From the NCBI GenBank assembly GCA_053919585.1, contig CM132785.1: DNA of 64,000 nt. One strand, given 5' to 3'. Each line of letters opens with the position of its first letter. The first letter of the stretch is position 1. Both the position numbers and the translations under genes were made by a program. The notes beneath the pieces are model-generated. The model did no database searches. It worked only from the letters and a program-made list of their open reading frames with translations, and was not told where the DNA came from. The DNA comes from Euprymna scolopes. Lineage: Eukaryota. Shown piece by piece: positions 32,301 to 46,900 of the stretch.

Positions 32301-35300
32301 GCAAATTAACCCACCTGAAAAATGAACGATACAAAGAAAAACGGAAAATCCATGCCATGCATTTTCTTTTCTCCTTTTTCCTTTTCTTTTTTCTTTTCGT
32401 TTTGTTGTTTTCTTTATTATTTTCACTTTATTTTTTTAATCATTTTGTTTTTTTAATTTTTTTCAACTTTATCTTTTTTTAACTCATGTGTTTTTTCATA
32501 CTATTTTTTTTTTTTTTTGTTTTCTGTCTTTTGACCATGCAATTGCCATGCAAAATGTAGGACACAAACTAAAAAAATTAATTCATTCTTTGTTATTCTG
32601 ATTTGTGCTCAGCAAAGTATTATCTATATATCGCGACTATATCAATATGAAACTGGTTCTGAGCGGCCATGACTTAAGCAATAGAGAGTCTTTTTAGTGC
32701 TTCGATGGGTGAAAATTTTGGGATATCAGATACCACAAGTTTTGAAGCGTACGTGGTTATATTGTTATTTTCTCCAATATCATTCAATAAGGTATGATAT
32801 CTCCTCTCTCATGGTTGAATGGTAGGGTAAATTAGACTATCAAGCTGCAGTAGATACAACTAATCTAAGAGAAGTATTTTTATAATAAAGCCTTTTCATT
32901 TCTGCTTTACACCAGCATTTCTTTTAGTCGTCTTAGATTTCCATTTGAAGTGCCGGTTCAGCTAAGTATGGTGAGAGATTATGCAACCCTTGTTTCATTC
33001 AAACTTCTTAACGTGTAGATATTCTTTAGATATAATATAGAATCAGTAGGTTTTAGTCTTAATCTTTTTTCTACCTATCATTTTGTTTCCAAGAAACACA
33101 TGTAATTCTTTCACCTTTAAAACATCAAGTTTTTATTTTAATATTCTCTAGAATTCATTTATGTTATGGCTATACCAACGCCAATGAAGTATGAGCAATT
33201 TTTAATGGCTTTTTCATTGTTGGCTGAAGAAAGGCTGAAACATCTTGTTCAGTTCTAAGTTTATTGCTTACTGAGGCGCCCCTACTGGAGAATGCCGGCG
33301 GGGTGCTCAAGCATTTTGCTAGACTAGAGTGCTCTTCCTTTTAAAGCGCTGGCTTGACCTTCTCCGCCTTACTGATCTTGTGTCACATCTTCCTGCGGTG
33401 GGAAGGAAGCATACTTAAAGCTTTTAAACATATACTCAAGACACTGCATTTGTCTGTAGATAATCCGAGAGAAAAATAAACATTTCCTTTTTTCAGACTC
33501 TGTGACCAATCATCAAAGTTTTCCTTGTTGCTGTTAAATATCGATTTCTTCCTTTAATGGGAAAAAAGAAGATTCTTGCAGTTAAAGAACTGCCTTTAAT
33601 GAAATCATGCAAAAGGCAAGACAAAAAGGCATAACCAAAATAAAATCTAACCTCCACGACCTCCACCGAGGGCCTCAAGTGTATCTCTAGCTTTTCGAAG
33701 TTGAGCTCCAAGTTCCGGATATCCGGCGTCTTCTGCATCCTGTATAGCCTTTTGAAGACTGTCGATATCCTTAGATTTGATGGCGTCTGCTAATTTCTTT
33801 TTTAAGGTTTCAGAAGATTTGATATCTAATAAGAATCAAAATATATTGTCAGAGAATATTCAAATATATACAAGCATAAATTGCATGCTTTAATAGATAT
33901 TAAGGTTTGGTTAAAAGACATGGAAATTCCGAAAAATGGGATAATTTCTGGAAGATATAAATTGAGATTTCAAGGAAAATATAGCAGTTTTTTTAGTATG
34001 TGTTAAGTGTATAATAGAATAATGTAGAAGAAATGTATTACATTTTATTAATTTAATTAAGGTGGGATTTATGGAATCGATGAGGTGAAAGTCAATAGGA
34101 GCAAAAACAGGAAGTAGACAAATGAAAAATAATGAAAGGTTAAAAGTATATAAAAATTCGATTAAATGTCGGTTAAAAACTAAGTCGATTAAAACTCTGA
34201 GTTTTAAAATAAACCAGTCCATGGGCCAATATTAGATAAGCGCATCGTTTACACGTTACACCAGACATTTTAGTACGTTGTTGTTCTACTTGAATGTGAT
34301 GTTATTATTTAAATTTATCAAGTCTTGTAACAAGATATATGAATGTATGACATTACACAACGTTGGTTTAAAAATACGATCTTAAGGCCTATAACATAAT
34401 TATGAAAATTATATAAAATATTGAAATGTCGAACTCGTTCTAAAGAAGAAAGTACGTTGATTGACTTCAAATTTAGAAATAAAATTTAAGTCTATATAAG
34501 AGAACAAGTTTTCTTTTGGTTTATCTGACCAGGCATGCCATGCGTTTTAATAAAAAAAAATAATGCCAACCTCCTGCCCCGCCTCCAAGAATGTCGGAAA
34601 CAGTTCTAGCCTTTTGGATTGCGTCGTCCAAGCTGGGCATTCCAGCGGCAACACATTCCCTAATGGCATTATCCAAAGCACGTTTATCTTTTCTTCTCAT
34701 GGCATCGTCAAGTTTTTTACGAAGAACATCGGGAGATTTGCTTCCTGTTGGAGCGAAAAGATAAGAAATGGTTAAACATTGATAAGTGACAAAGGCGGTT
34801 TTCATAAAAGACATGCGTTTTTTTGGGGGGACGGGTGCGTTTTAGTTGGTCTCCTTTGCTCTTTTCGCAGTTAACAGCAGCGAGTGGTATCAGCTTGAAA
34901 AGAAAACTGTTAAAGAGAAACAGCAAATTAAAAATCGCTAACGCGATACGCCAAAACAATCAGAAATTTCAAATTAAATAATGAATTTGTCAAACATGCT
35001 TTCGGCATATTGCTGTCGTGACGTAATATTTTCTNNNNNNNNNNNNNNNNNNNNNNNNNNNNNNNNNNNNNNNNNNNNNNNNNNNNNNNNNNNNNNNNNN
35101 NNNNNNNNNNNNNNNNNNNNNNNNNNNNNNNNNNNNNNNNNNNNNNNNNNNNNNNNNNNNNNNNNNNNNNNNNNNNNNNNNATACAGATAATTGAATCCC
35201 GTACTGTACCACATGGTAAATAAAGTAAATGAATTAATGCAAACTTAAAATGACGCAAATTTTTCTTATTATCAGCCGACAGATTATGTTACCTCTTTTC

Positions 35301-35588
35301 TCCAATTGTGTGTTAATCTTTATTTAAATAATGTTTCTGGTTGCCTGCTATAGCCCTTATAAGCATTTCTCGGAGTAGATTATATCTGGCTCTTATAGCA
35401 CATAACCTTGATTTGCTATATAATATTTTGGTTAAATCACTTTGGTAGTGATCATATATATAAGAGTTTAATTGATGGCTAACCATAATGCTGATGGTAA
35501 GACTTTATTCATTTTTTTTTAAATATCTTCATAGTCTATCGTCTCAGAAACGATCGTATACTTATTGGTTTCCATTTTGAGATTTTCG

Positions 35589-35646
<58 letters not shown>

Positions 35647-38600
35647 ATTCCGAGATCAAATTAGCAACGCTAACCTTCACGACCGCCTCTTAACCTTTCC
35701 AGTGTGTTCTTGGCCTCACGAAGGTCAGAAGCCAATTCAGAAGAGCCGGCCCTTTCGGCTTCATCTATTAATCTCTCCAGGTTTCGTCGATCTTTAGTTT
35801 TCATTGCTTCTTGCAGTTTGTCACGAAGAGTGTCTGTTGATGCGGGATGTAAACCTAGAAAGTGGTAATGAAGTGAATAATCATATTAGCGAGTGTGAAC
35901 TCAAAACGAACACATATTTGCTAATTGTAAAAAAAAGTTTTTATCATTATATATATTTGAAGTTTTAAAGGATTATAAAAGTGCAAGGCTTGCCTCGCAA
36001 GTTATTCGAGATATTACAGGAGAATAATTAAAATAACTAAACCTTTTCTTATATAATTCTGCTGTAAGATTTCATATTTCTATGTGTAGGTTTTCCAGAA
36101 GCATTCCCATTTTTCGAAGGAGTTACGACATACTTACATTCAAGGGGCACTTTCTCGATGTGTGCTTGTTCGTCCGACATTCACAATTTTTGCAAGTGTA
36201 GGAAATACATTTCGATGTCGAAATATTTTAATTTCTTTTAGAAATGAAAAAAAAAATAATCGAAATTGGAACACTGAGATGTTCAGGCTGATGTTCTGCA
36301 GACTGTGCTATTTAGATTTCCTTATGAATAGATCTTAAAACATTACCTTAATAAAATACTTATAGCTTTGGCGTGACATCATAAATTTATGATTTACGCC
36401 TTGTTTCAAAAGATATTTATAAATATGTGTCAACGCATAATTTTTAAACAAACAATTTGTATAAATATTATATAATTCTAAAAATTGCTCTTATATTATG
36501 TGTGGATTTATCAGTCTAGACAAATATACGACCGAAAGTAGAATATATTTACTAGTATATATGCTACATTAGTATATACATACTATGAAAAGGTATGGCA
36601 TTGGCCAGTTAACTATAAAGAACTATAAATAAAGTGAAGATTTCTCTATAAGAGTATTTTATATTTTATTGCTGACCTCCTGATTGGTATTCATCAATAT
36701 CGTCAAGTATATCTCTGGCTTGATGTATATCGGAATCAAGTTCGGGCATTCCAGCTGCTACACATTCGCTGATTGCACTTTCTAAATCGTCTTTGGTGCC
36801 GTCGCGAATGGCTGCTCTCAATTTGTCGCGTAAAACATCCGGACTTTTACTTCCTAACAGGAAAAAGAATACAACAGAAGATAATTATTTCCATACGGTG
36901 CCATCTTGAATAGCTTTTGTCATGCCTTGCGTTAATCGATCATCGTCTGTAATCAAATGCTAAAATTGTTTTTATTGTACGGCATATTCGGATTGGTATC
37001 TTTATTCAGTTTAAAATATTTTCAAATATGATTAGAAAACTAAAAAAAAAAAAAAAACAGTACAATTATTTCGATTATGTTTTAGGCTCATTATGCCTTG
37101 AAAAACGAAGAGATTCACGGTGATAAGGTTCCTGTGCTATGAAGAGTTTATAGTGGGGCAAGGGTATAAAAGTTCACTATAGAAATATTCCTGATCCTTA
37201 AATTGTTTGAGTCCAGTAGTGAGAATAAATCTAAGATGAATGAAAGCAGCACTGGGATTGATTATTTAGTTCACCCAAATATTTTACCTATATTCAAGAG
37301 GAAAGGGAGACTGAACGATATTTTTTCAAAGGTATTAGAGAAAGTGCTTAAAATTAATTAGATAAATAGTAATTCTTACACATGTTTCATTTCAAGATTT
37401 TTTGCCTACTACACTTTGCTTAGTTTGTCAAGTTCAAGTTTTCGCTCGATTAATATTTCGTAAACACTGAACGACGATTTCTTAATATAGGATTTTGAAT
37501 TCATCAACAGCAAATATTTTTGTAAAGGCAGTAGAAATATATCTGAAATAATATTAAACTAGCAAGACCCCGTAGAAATTCCACGGGGCTTTCTACATTA
37601 ATCGATATAATTTAATGTTATATTAATAATTATTAATCTATTTTGATAATATTTTTAGATAATATCTGTATGGATCAATACTATTTTTAAATCACTTTTT
37701 CTCTTTCTCTACAAAAAATGATTGGCATTATCAACTAAATATTCTTTAATTAAGTAAAATAAATTCCTTTTTTATTTAAAATTATAGAAACGTAATTCTT
37801 TTAAAAACAATAAATATCCTCCGTTTTCTTATTGTCAGCTAAATATTCATCAAATCAATAAAGATTATTATTGAAGTATTTTTATTTAGAATTTTACTGT
37901 TTCTGGCTAACAGGACAATATAATTTGATTTGGGAACAATTCTATTTAAAAATAGGTAAAGTCGGATTTTCCTTGCCTTAGAGATATCAGATTAATAATC
38001 AATCCCGCTTTTATTTATTTAAATGTGTGTTCAAAATGATAGCGTACGTACGAATATAAAGTGGCTTAATATATTGTTATAGAAATATAGAAACGATAGC
38101 AGAAGAATATCATAGATGAAGATTTTGATCCGAATAAACTGTAGAAATAAAAACCGTGTACTCAGTAAACTATAGAAAATAGATCATACATATTCTAATG
38201 CGATGTGGGTATTTTTTCTGATTTTTCATTCGAAATAGGAAATGTGTACATGCGTTGCTTAAGTCATTATAGATAAAATTGGTTTGTAGGAATTCTGAGG
38301 GATGGCTTTAAAGGAAGCAACTATAAGGTCATAGTACTTCATTGTAGATATTTTAATTATTGTAGCTGGGGATAGATCGGCAATCAGGCGTAAAGTATCA
38401 AAACACAAAAGGATAAATAAAGCATCGTTTAAATGCACGTAATCAGACCTCAGTACGTTGTTGCATTCAAGAAATTGTTTATATGTAAATATTCTTGCGC
38501 ATGCGGGAATGAAGAAGACAAATGCATGACTTATGTATATTTATCGATTTGTAGACAAAGTTTTTTAAACTATTTTATAAGCTTGGGATTTAGTTCATTT

Positions 38601-41600
38601 TCATTCAGACGAGGATGACAGGTCGATAAAATAAAAAAGAGGGAACAAACGTTTCACAAATATTTCATAAAAGGGTTGACAAACCAAGTTAATTTTTTAA
38701 AGAAATCCTAACCTCCACGACCACCACCAACGGCTTCAAGGGTATCTCTTGCTTTACGCAACTGACTACCTAGTTCCGGGTAGCCAGCATCTTCTGCTTC
38801 TTCAATTGCCTTTGCTAAGGCGTCTGCATCTTTTGATTCAATAGCAGTGGACAGTTGGTCTTGGATGTCATCAGCAGTTTTAATATCTGAACAGAGGAAA
38901 TAAGCGCATATCAAACAACGTTTAGAGCAGTCGAATTTAGAGCTATGATAATAAAGTACGTAAAATTCCGTGCTGTTTCGTTTATTTGTATCAGTAAATT
39001 TTGGAGGATTTGGTTTATTTAATAACTAGCAGAACTACCCGACATTGCCCGGAGCAAAAATGTAACATAACTTCTATTCGTTTTTCTTTTCCACCACACC
39101 GTTTACTTCTTCCTCCCCGCTCCCTTTTTCTTCTTCATCCAGCTCATTTCTCTTTCTGGGCATACACACACGACATGAAAAGGAGAATTAATTCTGTGAA
39201 AAAAATCAGAATTACTCTCTTTTACATAATAACATTAAAAGACGCGTTTGCGTCTTGATAACATCAAATGATATAAATGGCTATTTGACGCTCATATAAT
39301 AAACCTTTTTGTTGGTAATTTTAGATATTATTTTTCCATGATTATGCTGATAAAAATATGACAATTGTAGCAAGTTTGAAGTAGATATACAAACAGACAT
39401 CTATTTTTTATATTTGTGATATAAATATAAGATTATTATGTAAGTATGTATTTCTAGAAAGTTTGTCTTTTCTCTTTGATCTCGTCGAAATTGAAAAGCA
39501 AAAAGAGAACTCAAATACACACGATGAAAACTTATAGATGAATTGTAACACATAATAAATTCATATTTTCTATCGCAATGTTTCGATGCAGATTAATATT
39601 TTGTACTATTTTATTCTCATATTGACTTTTATATTCAGAATGTTTCGGCAGTTTTAGTCCCAGGGGCTTGTTCCGGAAATTTGGTAACCTTCTAGTCGAA
39701 CTTAGAAATCTTTATGCCCTTGGAAACTTGCATGAAATTTCGAACTGAACTTTATATTAATCCACGAAGGTAGATTGTTCTCGTTCGGTCAACCATGATC
39801 AGAGAGAATTGTTAATGTGTGTTATTTTTAGTTATGTTGTTCCTAGGTACAGCGTGAAGTAAGGATTTAATCTGAAGCCTTCATCAATAAATAAAGGGTT
39901 CAGTTTTAAAATTCCGTCAGTTCGACACAAAGATCCGCAAGTTCGACTAGAAGGTCCTTAAGTTCGAAAAGATACTCCTGGGAGTCAGAGGTTACATCGG
40001 ACGAAACATTGTGAATGTAACGGGCAAGATGCGAATAACAGTTTGAATAATCCAAGTAATACAAGTTTATTTACCTCCTTTCCAGTAGGTTAGACACAAG
40101 GTCAAGGATGGTTTTTATTATAGTGTTTCTACAGAACAAACAAATTTCGAACACTAAAATTTTCAGTTCGTGTCATTACTTAGCTCCTGTCACCTCCAAG
40201 TAATATGAGTTTATATTTTTCTGGTTTCGAAGCACTTCGAATAGATATGCATTGAGAAGTAAATCTATTATCTTCCAGATAAGATTGGCATATGATAAAC
40301 AGCTAGTATACATTTTATAGATGGTAAAATTGATAAATGCTTTAGTACATTACGATGTTTTACTGAAGAAATGCAATAAGCATTAAGGGATAAAGTTAAG
40401 TACTGTAAGATAATAGAAACGCGTTTTTTGAACAAAGGTCTGGTATATAAAATGTTATCAATATCATACTAAAAATATTATATGATTCTTTTTCACAAAC
40501 AACAGATTGCATGTATCAAGTAATCATACATCTATATGTAAATAATAATGCAATAATCATTGCTATATTATAGCATTATTTGATATATTCTGTAACAAAG
40601 TATCTTTGAGATACATTTTCATACTCGTATATTTAATAAATCAGTGTGAATATTGAATATATACTAGTATACATCGCCTTAATAAACTTATGATTTATTT
40701 TTAAAAATTTGATTGCATTAAAACTGTATTTCTGATAATAAAAAACTCATACATTACAAGAGAAATACAATAAAAATAGTTTTACTGCATTATTTTTATA
40801 ACGGTTATCTTGGTAGTTTTACCGCCATCTTTAAGTATGCAACACAGGAGCGCATTAAAATAGTTATTCTCACTGGGTTTTATTCTACGGTTTATTTAAA
40901 AAAATAAGTGTTCAAAACAAAGCTACAAACAATTTATTTTATGTAAATCGCTCCAGAAAAGCATGAAGCCACTTGATGTCAGGAGACTAAAAATTTACTT
41001 CAAGGTAAAAAAAAGAAATAGCCAACAATAAGTGTTAGGTGGATCGAGTCTGACCAAGAAAACAACAATTTTTCTCCTTTGTAAAAAACATCGCTCATAG
41101 AACGCAAGCATGAAAGGACAAAATAAGGGAAGCAAGAGATACAACATTACTCTCCTTAATTAATCCATTAAAATTATTTATTGAAAAAAAATGTTTGAGA
41201 ATAACTCTAGAAATTTTGGGAAATATGTCGCAATTATCTGTGAGCCGTTTGCAGAAAAATGTATCAAGTATGGGATATTCGGATGAATGGCATATTTTGA
41301 ACACATATTTGTGCATTATCTATAAGTTGTGTTATTTTCACAAACACAGTTTTGATGCTATTAAAATTTTACAATAGACTTTTTGAAGACTCTATGTAAT
41401 TGTTTCAAACATGTTTTACAAATCTGAATTAAGTCATCTTTTTAATACATATAATGAGAAATGCTATGATATATATATAAAGCTGACCTCCTGTGCCCCC
41501 TCCAAGTATATTGGAGAGTCTCCTGGCCTCTTTAATGTCAGCATCCAACTCCGGCAAGCCGGCAGCAATGCATTCGCGAAGAGCTCTGTCCAAAGTTGCT

Positions 41601-41971
41601 TTGTCGCCGTGCTTTGAAGCGTCTTGTAGTTTTTCTCGTAACATTTCAGGTGACTTAGACCCTGGTAGTCGAAAACAGAACAAGTATCCTCGTATTAATA
41701 ACTTCTTTGGGAAGTAAAATTATATTAAAAACAAAAGGATTTGAAAATAATATCAAATAAATGAATAGCTGAGGAGATTTGTGATTATTGTCAAATAGAA
41801 TAATTCTAGCACCAAAACGCGTGCATAACTTGTAGAATGAATTTTAGAATTGGGCATACGAACACAAAAACAAAGATAGCCATACGATCGGTGCGCCATC
41901 TGTATATAGCCACACGGATGAATTTTTATAAAACTAAACATACATGTCTGTGAATATAAATGATATTCATA

Positions 41972-42023
<52 letters not shown>

Positions 42024-43842
42024 TGTAAATAAGTTATTGCGCAAACAGTAGTTAAATCTATACATGTTTAAATATATATAAAAAGTTCTATCTGTATGCC
42101 TAAATTTCTATTTATATATGCTTACATCCATATGTATACATGAAAGTATAATAAATATTTCTATATGTAGATGCATGCATACAATTATATATATACATAT
42201 AAATCCTATTACACATATATGTGTATACATACTTACACATATATATGTGTATACATACAATTAAAACGCTTTAATATATATGACAGTAAATTAAATTATG
42301 CAAAATCACTCCTGAATATTTTAATGTATCAGCATACATTAATGTCATCTTAATTTACTATATACAATATTATTCTCAGTTTGGCGCTAATTATTCTGAA
42401 ATGCAATTTCAAGAGCTTTTCTAACCTCCACGTCCTCTTCCAAGACTTTCTAAAGTGAGTCTGGCTTTACGAAGTTCTGATCCAAGTTCTGGATAACCAG
42501 CACTTTCAGTTTCGTCTATAAGTCTGTTCAATGCATCAGGATCTTTGGAGCGAATTGCTTCTTCAAGTTGATCCCGCAAAGTTTCCGGGGATGTAAAGNN
42601 NNNNNNNNNNNNNNNNNNNNNNNNNNNNNNNNNNNNNNNNNNNNNNNNNNNNNNNNNNNNNNNNNNNNNNNNNNNNNNNNNNNNNNNNNNNNNNNNNNNN
42701 NNNNNNNNNNNNNNNNNNNNNNNNNNNNNNNNNNNNNNNNNNNNNNNNNNNNNNNNNNNNNNNNNNNNNNNNNNNAGATAATATATCACACATGCAGTCT
42801 CTCATAAGTATTGCATAATTTTAGTCATTTTTAATCTGAAATGTACATTTTCCATACGAGATATCAGTCTTTAAAATTCATTCATCCCAAGAATTGAAAC
42901 GATTTTTTTTACATCTGAAGAGATAATTACATATAACTAATTTTATACAACAATTTATTAAGTACATTTAATGAAACAGGCAAACAGGCGGCATAAAAAT
43001 CTAAACTATGTGTCTATTACTAGTAGCGAATACCAAAGCTGACCTCTTCGACGCTGACCGACAACATCGTCCATGTTATCCAGGGAATCTCTCGCACGGT
43101 CAATATCCGTGTCCAATTCTGACATGCCGGCCGCCAAACACTCATCAATCACATCTTCCAACAAATTTTTGTCGCCACTTCTCCTTGCTTTGGCCAGCTT
43201 TTCGCGTAACATTTCCGGTGTCTTAGATCCTGACGAGTAAAAAGAAATGAATAAAAACAACTTAGAAATCTCCTCAAGCCGCTTTAATCTGGGGAATTTT
43301 CACCATGCCGGATCCTTGTCATGCGTATTCAAATATTTATTTCTAAGCAATCTACCATATGCGTCTTGGGGTGCAAGCAATGTTCTGAGCCAATAGATCA
43401 CCTGCAATATTGAGCATGCGCATGGGCTCGCGCGTTGAGCATGCGCATTGAACTTGCGCTTTGACTAGAGAACGTCCATTTTGTTTAGTGTATCAGGTTT
43501 TTTATGATGTCGATCTTTTGTTGAGTTGAGAATTTACACGCAATGAACGTTCGTTCATATTTGTTCTAAACACTTGAAGGTATGTTTTCGATAACATATT
43601 AATTATTACTTGGTTTTATTCGTACGTCATTCATCAAAGAACCCAACAGTGTATCAAGTGTATCTTTTTTTACCTAAACAAATAACTCTAATGAATTATA
43701 GAGGCCTATCAAATTAATTTATTATGTATTTTCAAAACTAATATTTAATCTATTTGAAAAGCTGGCGCTAGAAAACAGTGTAGCGTCAGTTTTAACCTAA
43801 ATTCGACCACGTCTTAAACTCAGCAGTAATTAACCTATATCA

Positions 43843-43900
<58 letters not shown>

Positions 43901-46900
43901 AGAAAATCAAGTATTATATATAATGATAGAAAATCAAGTATTATATATAATGATAGAAAATCAAGTATTATATATAATGATAGAAAATCAAGTATTATAT
44001 ATAATGATAGAAAATCAAGTATTGAATAAATCTCTTACGCACGTTTACCACACGTCTTCATGGGGACAAAGTTAGACATAAATTCGGTTTTTAATATGGG
44101 AGGAAATCCAGTAACCCTAAAAGAAGCACTTTGCAGTGGGACAAACATTAGAATTGTCTCAGTCTAGAAGGATCTCTTCTTCATCGACTGAGGACAGAAA
44201 AGATAAGGGACAACATCATAAAAAAAACTATTATAAAAAAATAATTGAAGGGAAGAAGAATATAAAACCGGAGAAAATATAAATTAAATTTTTCAACAAA
44301 TTCTTCCATATACTATACATTTACCCGGTCTGAATATTCTTACACCAAGTCTGTGAATGTAGCTATACCAGCACTACAGACTTATGGATTTTACTCATTT
44401 TAATTTAACTTCATTGATTGAGTATTATTATTATTTAACTACATCTTCTTACCTGGACATCGACTTACATATCCTTTTTGTATCTTTACATTTTTAGAAC
44501 ATTATTCTTTCGAATTCGTGTATTCATTGTTGTGTGAAATTTATCCTCATCTTCATAGTTGTTGTTGCTTCACTATATTTCGGCCAACTCATCCTCTGAC
44601 CTTCTTTGGGTGATTAACGGGGCCTGTGGAGCAATAGGTAGAGGTGTTGAGTCTCTACAGTTCCAGGTGAGCATTCTCTGAAGATAGTGGTTTCAATCCT
44701 ACCCAAAGAAGGCCAAAGGATTAGTTGGCTAAAACGTGGTGAGATAACAACAACTATGGAAGGCAGTAATTACTGAGGATACAGTTACACGACTTAACAT
44801 TTCTAGATATCTGCAGTTAATCACCTGGAAAAGGCCAGGCGATAAGTTGCCTGAAACGTAGTGAAACAATAACAACTATGAAAATGAGGATAACAATCCA
44901 AAAAATAAATGAATACACAAATTATGAAACCTCATCTCAAAGGATTCTCCAAAAAATAAAAATATTAAAATAATAATACTCTTTTGAACTTTGCAGTTTT
45001 CAATTTTTTGTGCTAATCAGCAAAGTTTCAGTAAGTCTATGAAAATAATTATTTTACTAACTATTTTCCTCCAATGAAACAAGACATTTTTTTTAATCCA
45101 TGGAATAAGGAAATAATTTACTTTATCTTGTATTCTTTGCTTATAAACAATAAAATTTGTAAATGTTTCATTTACATAATTTAATTCACCCTTATATGAG
45201 TTTTTCCGTTTTCCTGCAGTTTTTATTGATATTTATATGAGCACTAATGTTAACCTAACTAAGAAAAATANNNNNNNNNNNNNNNNNNNNNNNNNNNNNN
45301 NNNNNNNNNNNNNNNNNNNNNNNNNNNNNNNNNNNNNNNNNNNNNNNNNNNNNNNNNNNNNNNNNNNNNNNNNNNNNNNNNNNNNNNNNNNNNNNNNNNN
45401 NAGTAAGTACTCGACAAAACATTTTCATAACTGACCTCCTTTTCCACCTCCTAGACGTTCCAACATCTCTCTCGCATTCCTGAGTACAGAGCTCAATTCT
45501 GGATATCCTGCAGCTTCAGCAACGCTTATCGCTTGTTTTAACGCATCAATATCCTTAGCTTTGATGGCTTTCGCCAGTTGATCTTGCAGTGTTTGACTGG
45601 ATCTGACATCTGATGATGGACAGAAACGGTTGACCAGTAAATTACGATACAAAAAAAAACACACAAAACTATTTCTTTTGAGAGTTATAAAAAAAAAAAA
45701 AAAACGCAAGCATAAATCATATGTAAAAGAAATTATCTAAAGTATCTTTTGACCTTGATAAGTGATGGCTCCTTCTTTTTTTTTTTAATAAAGGGTACTT
45801 CTGTATTTATGAACCCGCGATTTCCACGAAGTTATTCGGATGTGCCCGGTAAATGACGGGAAGAACCGGAAATGGTCAACAAGTAGTTTTCTGGGTATTA
45901 AAACATTATTTTCCAATGTATTACTTTATGAATTTCAGTAGTCGCCATTCTTAACATTGGGACGGGGACTTTTAACAATTTGTGTTTTTGTAATAAGGCT
46001 CGCCCGGCCATTTCCGGTGAATCTCTTCATCTGCTGGGCACACCAAAGGGATTTCGTGAAAATTGCGGTTTCATAAATACAGAAGTGCCAAATAAAGAAC
46101 TTCCTAATATATTACGAAACAAATAAAGTAGAAAAGAATCCAATTTGTATAAACCTTTTCAACTAGAAAAGAAATGATCAAAGAAACCTATGATTTATGA
46201 ACCAGGATGAACGCATTTTCTGCTTTATTTTATCTCAAATAAAGAAGATACCTAAGCTATCAATTCTGAGGAACAAAGCCGTAGGAATTGTATTATTTGG
46301 ATTATTCATAACATAGTTTTCATCTTATATGTTATTCTCGCAACATTTCAATCAATGAAACCTCCGACCTTCTTCAGATGCAAATTTATATGAAATTTCT
46401 ACTGGAATCCTTTATTTAATCCAAGGGGATAGCTTGCTCTCATTCCATCAAATATAACCCGATACCTCTGTTCTGTCTCATAAAAGAATGGATATATCCT
46501 ATAAGAGTAGGTCTACGTGTAATTGTGAGACAAGGCTAGCGCAATCTCAACCACATCTCTCCTAAATCGGCACTGCTTAAGTCCAGTGGCAGGGAGAAGT
46601 GCTAGACGACTGGAAACGATGCCAACATAAGCAGAGAGCACATACAGCACATAGAATTCCAAATAAGCACCCCCATTTTAGTACTGACTAGGTTAAACAT
46701 TGCTTAACTTCGCTGATCTAACGGGAACCGGTGTGTCAACGTGAATTATGCCGTAAATGCATCTGTATATATGTATATGTAGAGCTATAACCCAGTAAGA
46801 ATTTTAAAGACGTGTACTGCACCGGATATATCTTAAGTAATAATCAGTTGTAAGTGACAGTTTTCTGGATATCGAAGGTTTAATCCTCAGAATAGCCAAC

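Noticed and set aside
46640-46756. Functional 5S rRNA gene
   Set aside because: Many substitutions, a damaged C-box region, no tandem array, and it is nested in another repeat.
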